This document shows positions 36,258-44,222 of a stretch of DNA of 64,000 nucleotides, in pieces (position 1 is the stretch's first letter; every line of letters begins with the position of its first letter). The notes under the pieces were generated by a model. It saw nothing but the letters and a program-made list of their open reading frames with translations. It was not told the origin of the DNA and made no database searches. The DNA lies in IMG/VR virus record IMGVR_UViG_3300017605_000678, positions 11,537 through 75,536 of that record; one strand, given 5' to 3'. The position numbers were made by a program, and so were the translations under genes. Source of the DNA: a virus.

Positions 36258-36661
36258 CGGGCACCTCCGATCCAGCGATCGACGCTCGGCGCGCTCGGCA
36301 GCGCAACGGCCCAGTGAGTCTCGCGCCGGCACTTGCCGTCCACGATCCCGGCCTCGGCGCGCAGCGCGTATTCCAGCTGATCAAGGTCGTTTGAGTTGAA
36401 GTCACGGCACGCGGCGAAAGAGCGGACCAGCTCGCCGGCCTTCATGCCCACGGACATCGTGCCCGAACCGCTCTTGACGTAGAAGCAAACGAAGTCGGCC
36501 CCGTGCACGTCCGTTCCGCGGGCGAAGATCTCGGTCACTTCAGAGAGCCCGAAGCAGCTCGGGACAACGTCGCCGACTTTCAGGTTCGCGACGTCGGAGG
36601 CCTCGGGCAGATACAGCGTGACGCTCTCGTACCGTTTGTTCTGGTAGGTTTTGGTTTTCAC
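36254..36661 (-). CDS. Hypothetical early protein
   Basis: GTG directly after cassette F. Confidence 0.6.
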   Translation of the reverse strand: MKTKTYQNKRYESVTLYLPEASDVANLKVGDVVPSCFGLSEVTEIFARGTDVHGADFVCFYVKSGSGTMSVGMKAGELVRSFAACRDFNSNDLDQLEYALRAEAGIVDGKCRRETHWAVALPSAPSVDRWIGGAR

Positions 36662-36760
36662 TTTCGTTCGTTCCGGGCGCCTTACGGGGGCGGCCCTCTT
36701 TCTGGTGAAGACCATCGGCGATCTGGCGCCGGAAGTAAAGAGTTTTTTTACTCTTTTTTT
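36662..36760 (-). promoter_or_regulatory. Repeated early cassette, copy F
   Basis: TTTACT-N17-GATGGT; CCCGTAA hairpin; GAACGAACGAAA-GTG. Confidence 0.85.
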
Positions 36761-37149
36761 GAGGCCGTTTTATTGGGGTTTTCAGCGATTTTTGGAACGT
36801 CTCCCAAATGAACGGCCACGAGCAAACCCGCGACCAGCTCGGCCCGCACGAATGTCCCGGCCAATCGGCCGCAATAAACAAACTCTCCGGAGGCAGACAG
36901 CGACAGGGAAAAAAGACGGTGGTCGCCAAAGTACCACTCGAAAGAGATGTCGCCGTCCGGATCAGCTGCCAGCGACGGGCTCGGAAATAGTGGCGAGAGG
37001 CCTTGCAGGAATGCGCGCGCCGCGGCCACCGTCTCCGCCGAGATCGCGACCGCACTATGGGCATCCCAGCCCGGGAGCGAGCACTCGTCCGCGAGCCGCT
37101 CCAGCTCGAGGAACGCCTCGGATCGATCTGCAAAGTTTGGTTCGATCAT
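36748..37149 (-). CDS. Hypothetical protein
   Basis: GWD...A.AIS...P.....PDG.I.FEW pattern. Confidence 0.6.
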   Translation of the reverse strand: MIEPNFADRSEAFLELERLADECSLPGWDAHSAVAISAETVAAARAFLQGLSPLFPSPSLAADPDGDISFEWYFGDHRLFSLSLSASGEFVYCGRLAGTFVRAELVAGLLVAVHLGDVPKIAENPNKTASKKE

Positions 37150-37667
37150 AACGATTCCAGCATTGTCTCGCGAAAGTCCCAGGGCACTTTGGCTTGGTTG
37201 TCGCCGCGAGGAACCGGCCAGCGCACATCGCGAAAATGAAGCGTTCGCGTTCCTTCGCCGTTTTGGGCCCGCCGGCGTAAGTCGGCAATGTCCCGGCCCG
37301 TGAGCAACGCGCAGCCATTGGGGCAGCGCCAGAGCACGAAGGCCACGGCGCCGGCGATCCGCCAGTGGATGATCGCGTCCGCTTGTTTCTCCGTGACGCC
37401 GCCGTCGCGGTCGACCGCAAGTTTCGGCTCCGTCGTGGACTTGGCCTCGATGAACACGGCCCGGCCGTGGCGCTCCGTCCAGACGCCGGCGAAGTCCAGC
37501 CAGGGGTTCTCCAGAAAGATCACGCGCCGGCCGGCGCCGCCGCCGATCACGCGCGAGGGCGGGTCCACTTTGCGGAGGCGCATCCAGCCGCGGTAAAGAT
37601 ACTCGTTTGCGGAACGCTGGATCTCAGCCTGGAAGTCGCGCCCGTCGTTGTTTTGGTTCGTTCTCAT
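37146..37667 (-). CDS. recU: RecU-like Holliday junction resolvase
   Basis: G..F...I......Y, K..PP, DF.G...GRAVFIEAKST. Confidence 0.75.
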   Translation of the reverse strand: MRTNQNNDGRDFQAEIQRSANEYLYRGWMRLRKVDPPSRVIGGGAGRRVIFLENPWLDFAGVWTERHGRAVFIEAKSTTEPKLAVDRDGGVTEKQADAIIHWRIAGAVAFVLWRCPNGCALLTGRDIADLRRRAQNGEGTRTLHFRDVRWPVPRGDNQAKVPWDFRETMLESL

Positions 37668-37876
37668 TCGTACTTGCTCCCGGCCATGACGGCCAGTACC
37701 GCTTTCAGTAGCGGGATTCGGTAGATCCGGCGCCGCTTCAGGAGCCGAAAGTGTAGTGCGTTTTTGGTCATCCAGAGCGTGCCGCGGCAAGCCCCGTCCA
37801 CGTAGTCTCCAATCTCGACGCGCACGCGGCCGAAAACTTTCCGGGCCCGAGTCTTGGGTTTTTTCTTCTCGCTCAT
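37664..37876 (-). CDS. Hypothetical basic protein
   Basis: ATGA-coupled ORF. Confidence 0.45.
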   Translation of the reverse strand: MSEKKKPKTRARKVFGRVRVEIGDYVDGACRGTLWMTKNALHFRLLKRRRIYRIPLLKAVLAVMAGSKYE

Positions 37877-38430
37877 GTGATCGAAAGCATGATCCGGCGC
37901 AGGCCCTCCGTGTGCTGATCGCGCGGCGGCCGGTTCCATTCGCCGGCAGCGCACAGCCAGCCGGCCCGGCGAGCCTGGAGCGGGTGATCGTCGATCCAGC
38001 GGTGGGCAGCGCGCGAGACGGGAAGCCAAAAGCGCTCGTCCAGGAGCAAGGTACCGGCGCGCCCGCGGGCGTGGTGAATGTCGGTCGCCGGCTTGCTGGG
38101 GAAGACGACGCAACGGGGATGGAGTGCCAGGAACACAAGGCGCCGGTGCAAGTAGATCCGCATTTGGCCGGACCGGAGTTTGGAGCGCGCGCGGAGCGGC
38201 CGCCTCGGCCACTGTCCTACCTTCTTGAAACCGGCCGAAGTTTTGACCCAGCTGTTTCCAAATTTGTTCGTGAAGATTGCCCCAATTGGAGCGGCGTCGA
38301 AAACTTGCTTTGTCCATTTTTCCTTGCTCGATCGTGCTGGCGAAAATGGACACGCCTCTGTCTTGAGCGCCTCGTCGCGGGCTCGCACCCAGGGCGCCTT
38401 GGGCCAGGGCGTCTTGCGGCGGCGGCTCAT
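37873..38430 (-). CDS. HNH-like protein
   Basis: C...ATDIHH.RGR.G.LL...W..V.R..H.WI..HP. Confidence 0.6.
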   Translation of the reverse strand: MSRRRKTPWPKAPWVRARDEALKTEACPFSPARSSKEKWTKQVFDAAPIGAIFTNKFGNSWVKTSAGFKKVGQWPRRPLRARSKLRSGQMRIYLHRRLVFLALHPRCVVFPSKPATDIHHARGRAGTLLLDERFWLPVSRAAHRWIDDHPLQARRAGWLCAAGEWNRPPRDQHTEGLRRIMLSIT

Positions 38431-38714
38431 AAGCCAATGGCGGAGCGCAGGAGGCTGCGCACTTCGCGCTTCCCGTCGGCCAGCCCGGCGGCATAGATCC
38501 GGACCACAAGATCGCCGACCGTCTCGACCGGGTCGTTTGCGCTCGTGAAGTCCAGCAAGCAACGGTCGCCGAGATCCTCGTGCCACCACTTTCCGTCGAC
38601 CTTAGACTCTCGAAAGCCCAGCTTGCGCGCCAGCGCCTCGGCCTTGGCTTGCGCCGCGGCCCGCCGGCGCCGCTCGCCCGCGTCCAGTTCCTTCAGCGTG
38701 ATCGGAGTGTTCAT
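38427..38714 (-). CDS. Hypothetical protein
   Basis: ATGA-coupled ORF. Confidence 0.5.
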   Translation of the reverse strand: MNTPITLKELDAGERRRRAAAQAKAEALARKLGFRESKVDGKWWHEDLGDRCLLDFTSANDPVETVGDLVVRIYAAGLADGKREVRSLLRSAIGL

Positions 38715-39247
38715 GCTGGGTTGGTGCAAGAGCAGGGCTTGAAGCGCCGACTGAAGAGACCGCGCTTCAGGTACCCACGCCCCAGGCAGATCGGGCACGT
38801 CGCGGCCGGCAGGTTGCCGACAGGCACGAGCCGCGCGGCCGGCACCTTGAATTGCTTCTCTATCTCGACTGGCGTTCCCTCGTAAAACTTTCCGGTTCTT
38901 GTGTCCATGTTTCCTTTGGTTGAGACGGCGCAGATAGTGCCGCGCCGCCATCCTTTGAACTCCACCCCGCCGTCCCAGGCCTTCAGGAACTCCGGGACAT
39001 AAGCCGGGCATTCCCACGAAGGATCCCCGATCATGTCAAAGCACGGAGACCAGCCCTCGCACTCCAGCGCTAAAGTCATGCGCGAGAATCCAGCTCGCAG
39101 CACGATCACGGTCCCGAACATCTTCAGCAGCGCAGCGCCAGCCCTTGGCTCCTTTAGAAGGAACTCGCCCACGACGAAACGACCGGGCCGCTTGGAAAGC
39201 TCGTTCCACTCGCTCACTTTTTCCTCCAAGGTTTTTCCCGAGCCCAT
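38711..39247 (-). CDS. Hypothetical protein with C-terminal Zn finger
   Basis: CPICLGRG...PCSC. Confidence 0.5.
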   Translation of the reverse strand: MGSGKTLEEKVSEWNELSKRPGRFVVGEFLLKEPRAGAALLKMFGTVIVLRAGFSRMTLALECEGWSPCFDMIGDPSWECPAYVPEFLKAWDGGVEFKGWRRGTICAVSTKGNMDTRTGKFYEGTPVEIEKQFKVPAARLVPVGNLPAATCPICLGRGYLKRGLFSRRFKPCSCTNPA

Positions 39248-39537
39248 TCCAAATAATCTCCGTACAGCTTACGGTCGCGGGCTTTCGGATCCGTTTCAGG
39301 ATAGGGCGCTAACACCCACGCTCGAACGATCTCGACCAGCTTCTCCAAACTCTGTCGCAACTCCGCGTTCGTGCAACGCGGCTCGCTTGCGATCTTGCCG
39401 AGCGGACACGGGGTGGAACAATCGCAGCTACATTCCGTCTCCTTCCACTTCTCGCGCCATTTGGCCAGCTCGGCCGCCTGCTTCTCCAGCTGCGCCCGCT
39501 GCAGGTCGATCACGTCCTCGAACGGCAGCTTGCTCAC
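39214..39537 (-). CDS. Hypothetical protein
   Basis: GTGA-coupled ORF. Confidence 0.45.
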   Translation of the reverse strand: MSKLPFEDVIDLQRAQLEKQAAELAKWREKWKETECSCDCSTPCPLGKIASEPRCTNAELRQSLEKLVEIVRAWVLAPYPETDPKARDRKLYGDYLEWAREKPWRKK

Positions 39538-39896
39538 GTCCGGCCCTCCTGGGGCTGGCGCCCGTGCATGACCAGCACGCGCAGGCACAGCTCGCCGTGA
39601 TACTCCAGGGCCCGCCGGATGTGCTCGCAGCGGTGTTTCCTGGGGTGGACCGCGCCGCGCGCCTCGGCCAGGAACGCGGGGTGGCAGCGATACTCGAACT
39701 GCTCGCAGCAGCATTGCCCGTTAAAGCCCAGCTCGGTCAGGTCCACGATATGGCGCACGTTCGGCCGGCTCTTGCTTTGCACGTAGTAGCGGCCGGGCTC
39801 GCCGGGGATCGGCGCCACGCCCCAGGGCAGCGCCACGTCCCGGTCGAAGGAATTCGTGCGCGGCGCCGCCGGCGCCGAGCGCATTACGTAGTCCAT
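39534..39896 (-). CDS. SWIM-type zinc-finger protein
   Basis: V.S.S...H.VD.....C.CE.F...C.HI. Confidence 0.6.
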   Translation of the reverse strand: MDYVMRSAPAAPRTNSFDRDVALPWGVAPIPGEPGRYYVQSKSRPNVRHIVDLTELGFNGQCCCEQFEYRCHPAFLAEARGAVHPRKHRCEHIRRALEYHGELCLRVLVMHGRQPQEGRT

Positions 39897-40108
39897 AGGT
39901 CCTTCACAAGTTTGAGGATCTCTTCCGGGGTTTCTTTGACGTGGATCTTTCCGTCTTCAAACTCGCTTTGTGCGGAAAAAAGAACCGTGCACTCGCCGTG
40001 TATTGTCCCGAACCGGCCGCGGCTCATAAAGCGGATCCGATCCAGGTTTACAAAAATCGTCGCGCTTCCGTGCGTCGGCTCCAGCCGTGTGAGTTCAAGC
40101 CAGTGCAT
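39884..40108 (-). CDS. Hypothetical protein (FlbD-like)
   Basis: IFVN.D.I....V.ETPEEI. Confidence 0.55.
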   Translation of the reverse strand: MHWLELTRLEPTHGSATIFVNLDRIRFMSRGRFGTIHGECTVLFSAQSEFEDGKIHVKETPEEILKLVKDLWTT

Positions 40109-40113
40109 AAAGG

Positions 40114-40569
40114 TCAAAACGGCACATCGTCCTCATCGTCCGGAGGCGGCGCCTTGCTGCTCGCGGCCACGCCCGCGGGCGCCGGTTGTCCTCTGCGCGG
40201 CGCAGGCTCCGACCCGCCGCCGTCTTTGCCTTTGCCCTTGCCATCGCCGCAGAAGTGGAACTTTTCCACGATGATCTTGATCTTGTATCGGGGCTTGCCT
40301 GTTTGCTTGTCCTCCCAGCTTTCTTGCTTCAGCCGGCCCTCGACGCAAATCGCTCCGCCCTTGCCGAAGTATTGGCTGATCGTCTCGGCCGGCTTTCCGA
40401 AGGCCACGCAATCGAAGTAATTGACCTCTTCTTGCAGATCTCCGGCCTCGTCGTACCAGTTGCGATTGTTGGCCACTCCGAAGTCAGTCACGGCCGTTCC
40501 CTTGGGCGTGTAGCGCAGCTCCGGGTCGCGCGTGAGATTCCCGCCGACTGAAACGTGGTTCATGTTCAT
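40114..40569 (-). CDS. ssb: Single-stranded DNA-binding protein
   Basis: GNLTRDPELRYTP.G, VEGRL...W.D, acidic tail DDVPF. Confidence 0.95.
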   Translation of the reverse strand: MNMNHVSVGGNLTRDPELRYTPKGTAVTDFGVANNRNWYDEAGDLQEEVNYFDCVAFGKPAETISQYFGKGGAICVEGRLKQESWEDKQTGKPRYKIKIIVEKFHFCGDGKGKGKDGGGSEPAPRRGQPAPAGVAASSKAPPPDDEDDVPF

Positions 40570-41162
40570 CGGTCAACCTCCCCAGTGTAGCGGCCGCGCG
40601 CGCTGTCGGGCTGAGGCCGGGCGGCCAGCAGCTTGGTAAAGGAAATCGAAATGCTCGTGCGGTTGTTCGTGCCGATCGCCGTGAACAACGTCTTGATCGA
40701 GGCCTCCGCCTGGGTCCGGACCGCGTCGTCGGCGATCCCCAGCTCGGCCATCAACCCGTCGTCGTCCACGACCTCGACCACCCAGGCCCCGGGCTCCAGC
40801 TCGCAGACAGCTTGCACGCAACGCACGAGCAGAGCGGAGATCTCCTCCGGCGACATCGGGTTGTTCTTGCGCCCGCGGAGCGGCGCCTCGGCCACGCCGC
40901 GCTCTGGCTCCAGGATTGGCGCCAGCGAGACCAGATCGCTTGCCCGGGCACTGGCCAGGGCCACGAGCCCCTCGAGCGCGCGAAAGTTGCGGCCGCCCTT
41001 GCCGATCAATACGCGCGTGTCGGCCGCGTGGGCTCGCAGTGAAACGACGTGTGAGGCCGGCAGCTTGCGCAATTCGGTCTCTACCAAATCTGTCCGCTCG
41101 ACCAGCGCCCGCGCAAGATCGCCGATCAGCAGTTCAATATCTTTGGGAGTTAATTTGTTCAT
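40566..41162 (-). CDS. KhpA-like KH-domain RNA-binding protein with a second degenerate unit
   Basis: LA.ALV...D.V......V.LR....D...LIGKGGR...AL. Confidence 0.7.
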   Translation of the reverse strand: MNKLTPKDIELLIGDLARALVERTDLVETELRKLPASHVVSLRAHAADTRVLIGKGGRNFRALEGLVALASARASDLVSLAPILEPERGVAEAPLRGRKNNPMSPEEISALLVRCVQAVCELEPGAWVVEVVDDDGLMAELGIADDAVRTQAEASIKTLFTAIGTNNRTSISISFTKLLAARPQPDSARGRYTGEVDR

Positions 41163-41234
41163 TTGAGTTTTTGTAAAGTCGCGCCGGCCGGCTCCGTGCG
41201 CGCTGTCGAGCCGGCCGGCCTTGTTTTGTAAGAA

Positions 41235-41660
41235 TCACTCGTCGTTTCGCGCAGCCGCCGCCTTGCCGTCTTTCTTGGCACGGCCGCGACCCTTGACCTT
41301 GGGAAGCACGCGCTCGGTCACGGCGCCGACGTGCTCGGCCTCGCCGTTGGCGTCGCCTTCCAGGGGCAAGCGCGGCTCGCGCGGGTCGTCGAGTTTCACC
41401 CGCGCTTTGTCCGAGTAGTTTTTCGTCACGTCCATTCCGTCTTCAACCGTCACGTCTTTAAATCCGATCCGAGTCGTCACCACTGGCGCGTTGTCCGAAA
41501 GGTCCAGCGTCACTCGGAAATTGAGCATGAGGGTTTTCTTGTCGTTGGCCTCTAGGGCGTCCATAAAGCGGCGCTCGTGCGCGGTGTATAGCTGTTCAAC
41601 GTGCCGGGCGACGACTTCGAACACCTCGGCATTTTCGATCTCTTTTTCTTTTTTGCTCAT
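41235..41660 (-). CDS. Hypothetical protein
   Basis: ATG 41660, coupled. Confidence 0.55.
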   Translation of the reverse strand: MSKKEKEIENAEVFEVVARHVEQLYTAHERRFMDALEANDKKTLMLNFRVTLDLSDNAPVVTTRIGFKDVTVEDGMDVTKNYSDKARVKLDDPREPRLPLEGDANGEAEHVGAVTERVLPKVKGRGRAKKDGKAAAARNDE

Positions 41661-42130
41661 GATGGGTTTGAGTTCTCGGACCCGGCCGGGAGCAAGGATG
41701 GCTGGCCCGCGGGCGCACACGCGACCGCGGGTAATAATAGGTCAGCACTTCCAGACTTTGCCCGACCGGGTTCCGAAAATTTTCTTGCCAGGTACCGGAA
41801 GACGTAGTCCGGAACGGAGTCGGCCCAGGGCAGCTCCGGATTGATCGTGAAGCCGTACGGCTGAAATTTCTGGCCCTCGAATTTGGAAGCAAGGACCGAC
41901 AAGGGAACGCCACTTTGAAAGGCCACGCTGGCCAGGATGGCGATCCCATCCATGAGACCGCTAATCGTCGAACCGGCCTTGCTCATTTCGATAAAGATCT
42001 CGCCGGGCGTTCCGTCTTCGAACAAGCCGACGCGCAGATATCCCTCGTGATCGCCAATGCGGAACTTGTGCACGAGCGCGGCCCGGGTTGTTGGCAGGCG
42101 TCGGCGGCGGGCTTGGTATTTCTCGATCAT
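41657..42130 (-). CDS. Stand-alone TSCPD-type domain (class II ribonucleotide reductase C-terminal-like)
   Basis: RRRLP..R....HKF.I...EGY..VG.FEDG.PGEIFI.MSK.GST..GLMD...KF....F.P.G...S..DY.FR.L; start preceded by GCGAACGAACG. Confidence 0.8.
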   Translation of the reverse strand: MIEKYQARRRRLPTTRAALVHKFRIGDHEGYLRVGLFEDGTPGEIFIEMSKAGSTISGLMDGIAILASVAFQSGVPLSVLASKFEGQKFQPYGFTINPELPWADSVPDYVFRYLARKFSEPGRAKSGSADLLLPAVACAPAGQPSLLPAGSENSNPS

Positions 42131-42168
42131 CGTTCGTTCGCTGGCAGGATTAAAAGCAGGAGCGGGCA

Positions 42169-42462
42169 TCATGGTAAAGCGTTTTTTTGCTTTTTTTCCA
42201 GTTCCTCCTGTAGGCCGCGCAGCCCTGGAATGTCCTTGGCTGCCGCCGCCGCTCTTGCCTTTCCTGCAAGCGTGCGCCGGATGCCCTCCTGTAATCCGAT
42301 CTCGTAAGCGCACAGCAAGAGCCGCGCTTCGTTCGTTTCGCCACTCAGCCAGAGATTGACCAGCCGAGTTTGACTTTCCTCCACTGAATCCGGCGGCAGT
42401 CCGTCGGATCCAGTTAAGTCCCGGAACATGTCAAAGTTCAGGTCGCGCAATTTGGTACTCAT
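42169..42462 (-). CDS. Hypothetical protein
   Basis: Coupled ORF. Confidence 0.5.
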   Translation of the reverse strand: MSTKLRDLNFDMFRDLTGSDGLPPDSVEESQTRLVNLWLSGETNEARLLLCAYEIGLQEGIRRTLAGKARAAAAAKDIPGLRGLQEELEKKQKNALP

Positions 42463-42815
42463 CGTTCACAGTTCCCATCGCATTTGTGGATCCGCGCCCA
42501 CTCCTCGGGCGAGTAGCCAAACTGAGGGTCTCGCGCTTGCAGAGTGCGGATTATTTCCGCAGCAATGTACTCGCCCAGCTGCCGAGACCAGTGCATCCGA
42601 TCGTTGGCCATGCGAGCGGCGCGATCCTGCGCCTCAACTGCAAAGGGCACCTCGCGCTCGCGCGGCAGCGGCGCAAAAGTTTTCGCCCATTGCTCCGGGC
42701 TGATCGTGACCTCGTGCACAGCGGTTCGAACTGACTCCGACCAATCGGCGCCGACGCCAGTGCGGCTCGGCGGCCGCAACTCAACCCGAAGTATTCCGAA
42801 GGCTCCTCGGCTCAT
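42459..42815 (-). CDS. Hypothetical protein
   Basis: Coupled ORF. Confidence 0.5.
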   Translation of the reverse strand: MSRGAFGILRVELRPPSRTGVGADWSESVRTAVHEVTISPEQWAKTFAPLPREREVPFAVEAQDRAARMANDRMHWSRQLGEYIAAEIIRTLQARDPQFGYSPEEWARIHKCDGNCER

Positions 42816-43030
42816 AATTTTTCCCTTTCAGCGATCCAAAGGTCCATCTCGACCGTGCACGGCACCCAGCCATTGGCCAGGGGCGCCTCGCGCGAAACGT
42901 GGTGAAGAGCCGAGCGCGGGATCCAGACGCGGCGCGCCGTGACGTCCTCCTGGGGCATTGTCGAAAACTGGATCGCCTTTTCAGTCTGCCGAATCTGCCA
43001 GAGGCGCTCGCGGGTCGTTTCGTTTCTCAT
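42812..43030 (-). CDS. Hypothetical protein
   Basis: TEKAI...VWIPRS...W.AE pattern. Confidence 0.55.
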   Translation of the reverse strand: MRNETTRERLWQIRQTEKAIQFSTMPQEDVTARRVWIPRSALHHVSREAPLANGWVPCTVEMDLWIAEREKL

Positions 43031-43470
43031 GCTTCCCCCATCCTCGCCGACTGGCACGCCGGGCAGCAGCGCTCCGAACTGGGCCGCCCGCAGCTCTCGC
43101 AAAGTTTGCTCGCTTCGACCGGCTCCGAGTGCGTGCGGATCCATTCAAGGAAACGGCACGCTGGGCAGCCTCCGCCGAGCGCGATTCTCTCCGGCTCCAT
43201 GAGCGGGCCGTGATTGTGCGGAACGCGAGCCAGGATGTTGCACAGCTCTGCCACTTTGGTGTCGTCGGAATTGCCATTGATAAAGATCTGCTCCGGGCCA
43301 GCCGGCGCCCGTTGCTTGTGCACTTCTTCCCGGTCGACCACCACGTCGCGCGGCGCTTCGACATCCAGGACGGCGCAGCCGCTGCGCGGGTCGAACCGGA
43401 CAAATTCAACAAACGACTTGCCGTCAATCACGAAGCGCTGCCCAGGCTTACGCTTAAAAACGAGTCCCAT
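43027..43470 (-). CDS. CsrA/RsmA-like RNA-binding protein with C-terminal Cys-rich extension
   Basis: LV.KRK.GQ..VI....V........L.VEAPRDV.V.REEV. Confidence 0.7.
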   Translation of the reverse strand: MGLVFKRKPGQRFVIDGKSFVEFVRFDPRSGCAVLDVEAPRDVVVDREEVHKQRAPAGPEQIFINGNSDDTKVAELCNILARVPHNHGPLMEPERIALGGGCPACRFLEWIRTHSEPVEASKLCESCGRPSSERCCPACQSARMGEA

Positions 43471-43499
43471 ATTTGTGTTCCTTTCCTTGTTCCGTTATT

Positions 43500-44222
43500 T
43501 CACGCCGGCGGCGCCGACCAGCTTGGCGCCCCGCTCAAGTCGAGCAGCTCGGTCTGGCGCCAGAAACGATCCGACACGCGCGGATCGAAGCGCCGCGCCC
43601 AATCGTCTGGCCCGTAATTCATGCTGATAACCGTCCAGCGGCCCTCGCGCCGGGAGAGCAGCTGGCAAATCGCATCCACTGTTTCGCCCGTCTTGAACTT
43701 GTCGCTTTCCGCGCCCACGTCGTCCAGGAACAGCAGGTCCGCGGTCATGCTCTCCTCGAGCACGTCGGCCATTGGCGTACGGCCCTCGACAATGCGCCGC
43801 GCCATTTCCGGCCACTGCCCCCACCAGATCTGCGCCGGCCACCGCCAGTAGGCGCGCTCTGCCGCGGCCACGGCGGCCGCTACGGCGAAACGGTGGGCGC
43901 CGAGCATGCCACGAGTTTTCCCGCAGCCTGGGTCGCCGGCCAGGAGGAGCGTCCGGCGATCGCGATTGCGGAACCAATCCATGCAGAAGCGCTGCAGGCC
44001 CTCGGCCAGCTCGTCAACGACCGGCCCGTTAGGCTCCAGTCGGAGCCACTTCTCCCGCCACCCCACTGGCCCCGCTTGCCGCGCGCCTTGCTTCTCGTTT
44101 GGCTTTCCAGGCTGCAACGCCGGCTTGGTACCGGGCGTCGTCGTAGAGCATGCCTGCGCCCCGGTCAGGACCGCCGCCGCGAGCGTCGCGACCGAAGCCG
44201 TTTTGAGTGTTTGATTTTTCAT
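43500..44222 (-). CDS. DnaC/IstB-like AAA+ helicase loader
   Basis: GDPGCGKT, LLFLDDVGAE, T.IS.N, R..DR; follows the initiator; true start may be later. Confidence 0.8.
   Translation of the reverse strand: MKNQTLKTASVATLAAAVLTGAQACSTTTPGTKPALQPGKPNEKQGARQAGPVGWREKWLRLEPNGPVVDELAEGLQRFCMDWFRNRDRRTLLLAGDPGCGKTRGMLGAHRFAVAAAVAAAERAYWRWPAQIWWGQWPEMARRIVEGRTPMADVLEESMTADLLFLDDVGAESDKFKTGETVDAICQLLSRREGRWTVISMNYGPDDWARRFDPRVSDRFWRQTELLDLSGAPSWSAPPA

Noticed and set aside
18899-36760. Repeated ~100-bp element as a CRISPR array or IS ends
   Set aside because: Copies are dispersed by 1-10 kb with genes between them; no spacers, cas genes, transposase or terminal inverted repeats
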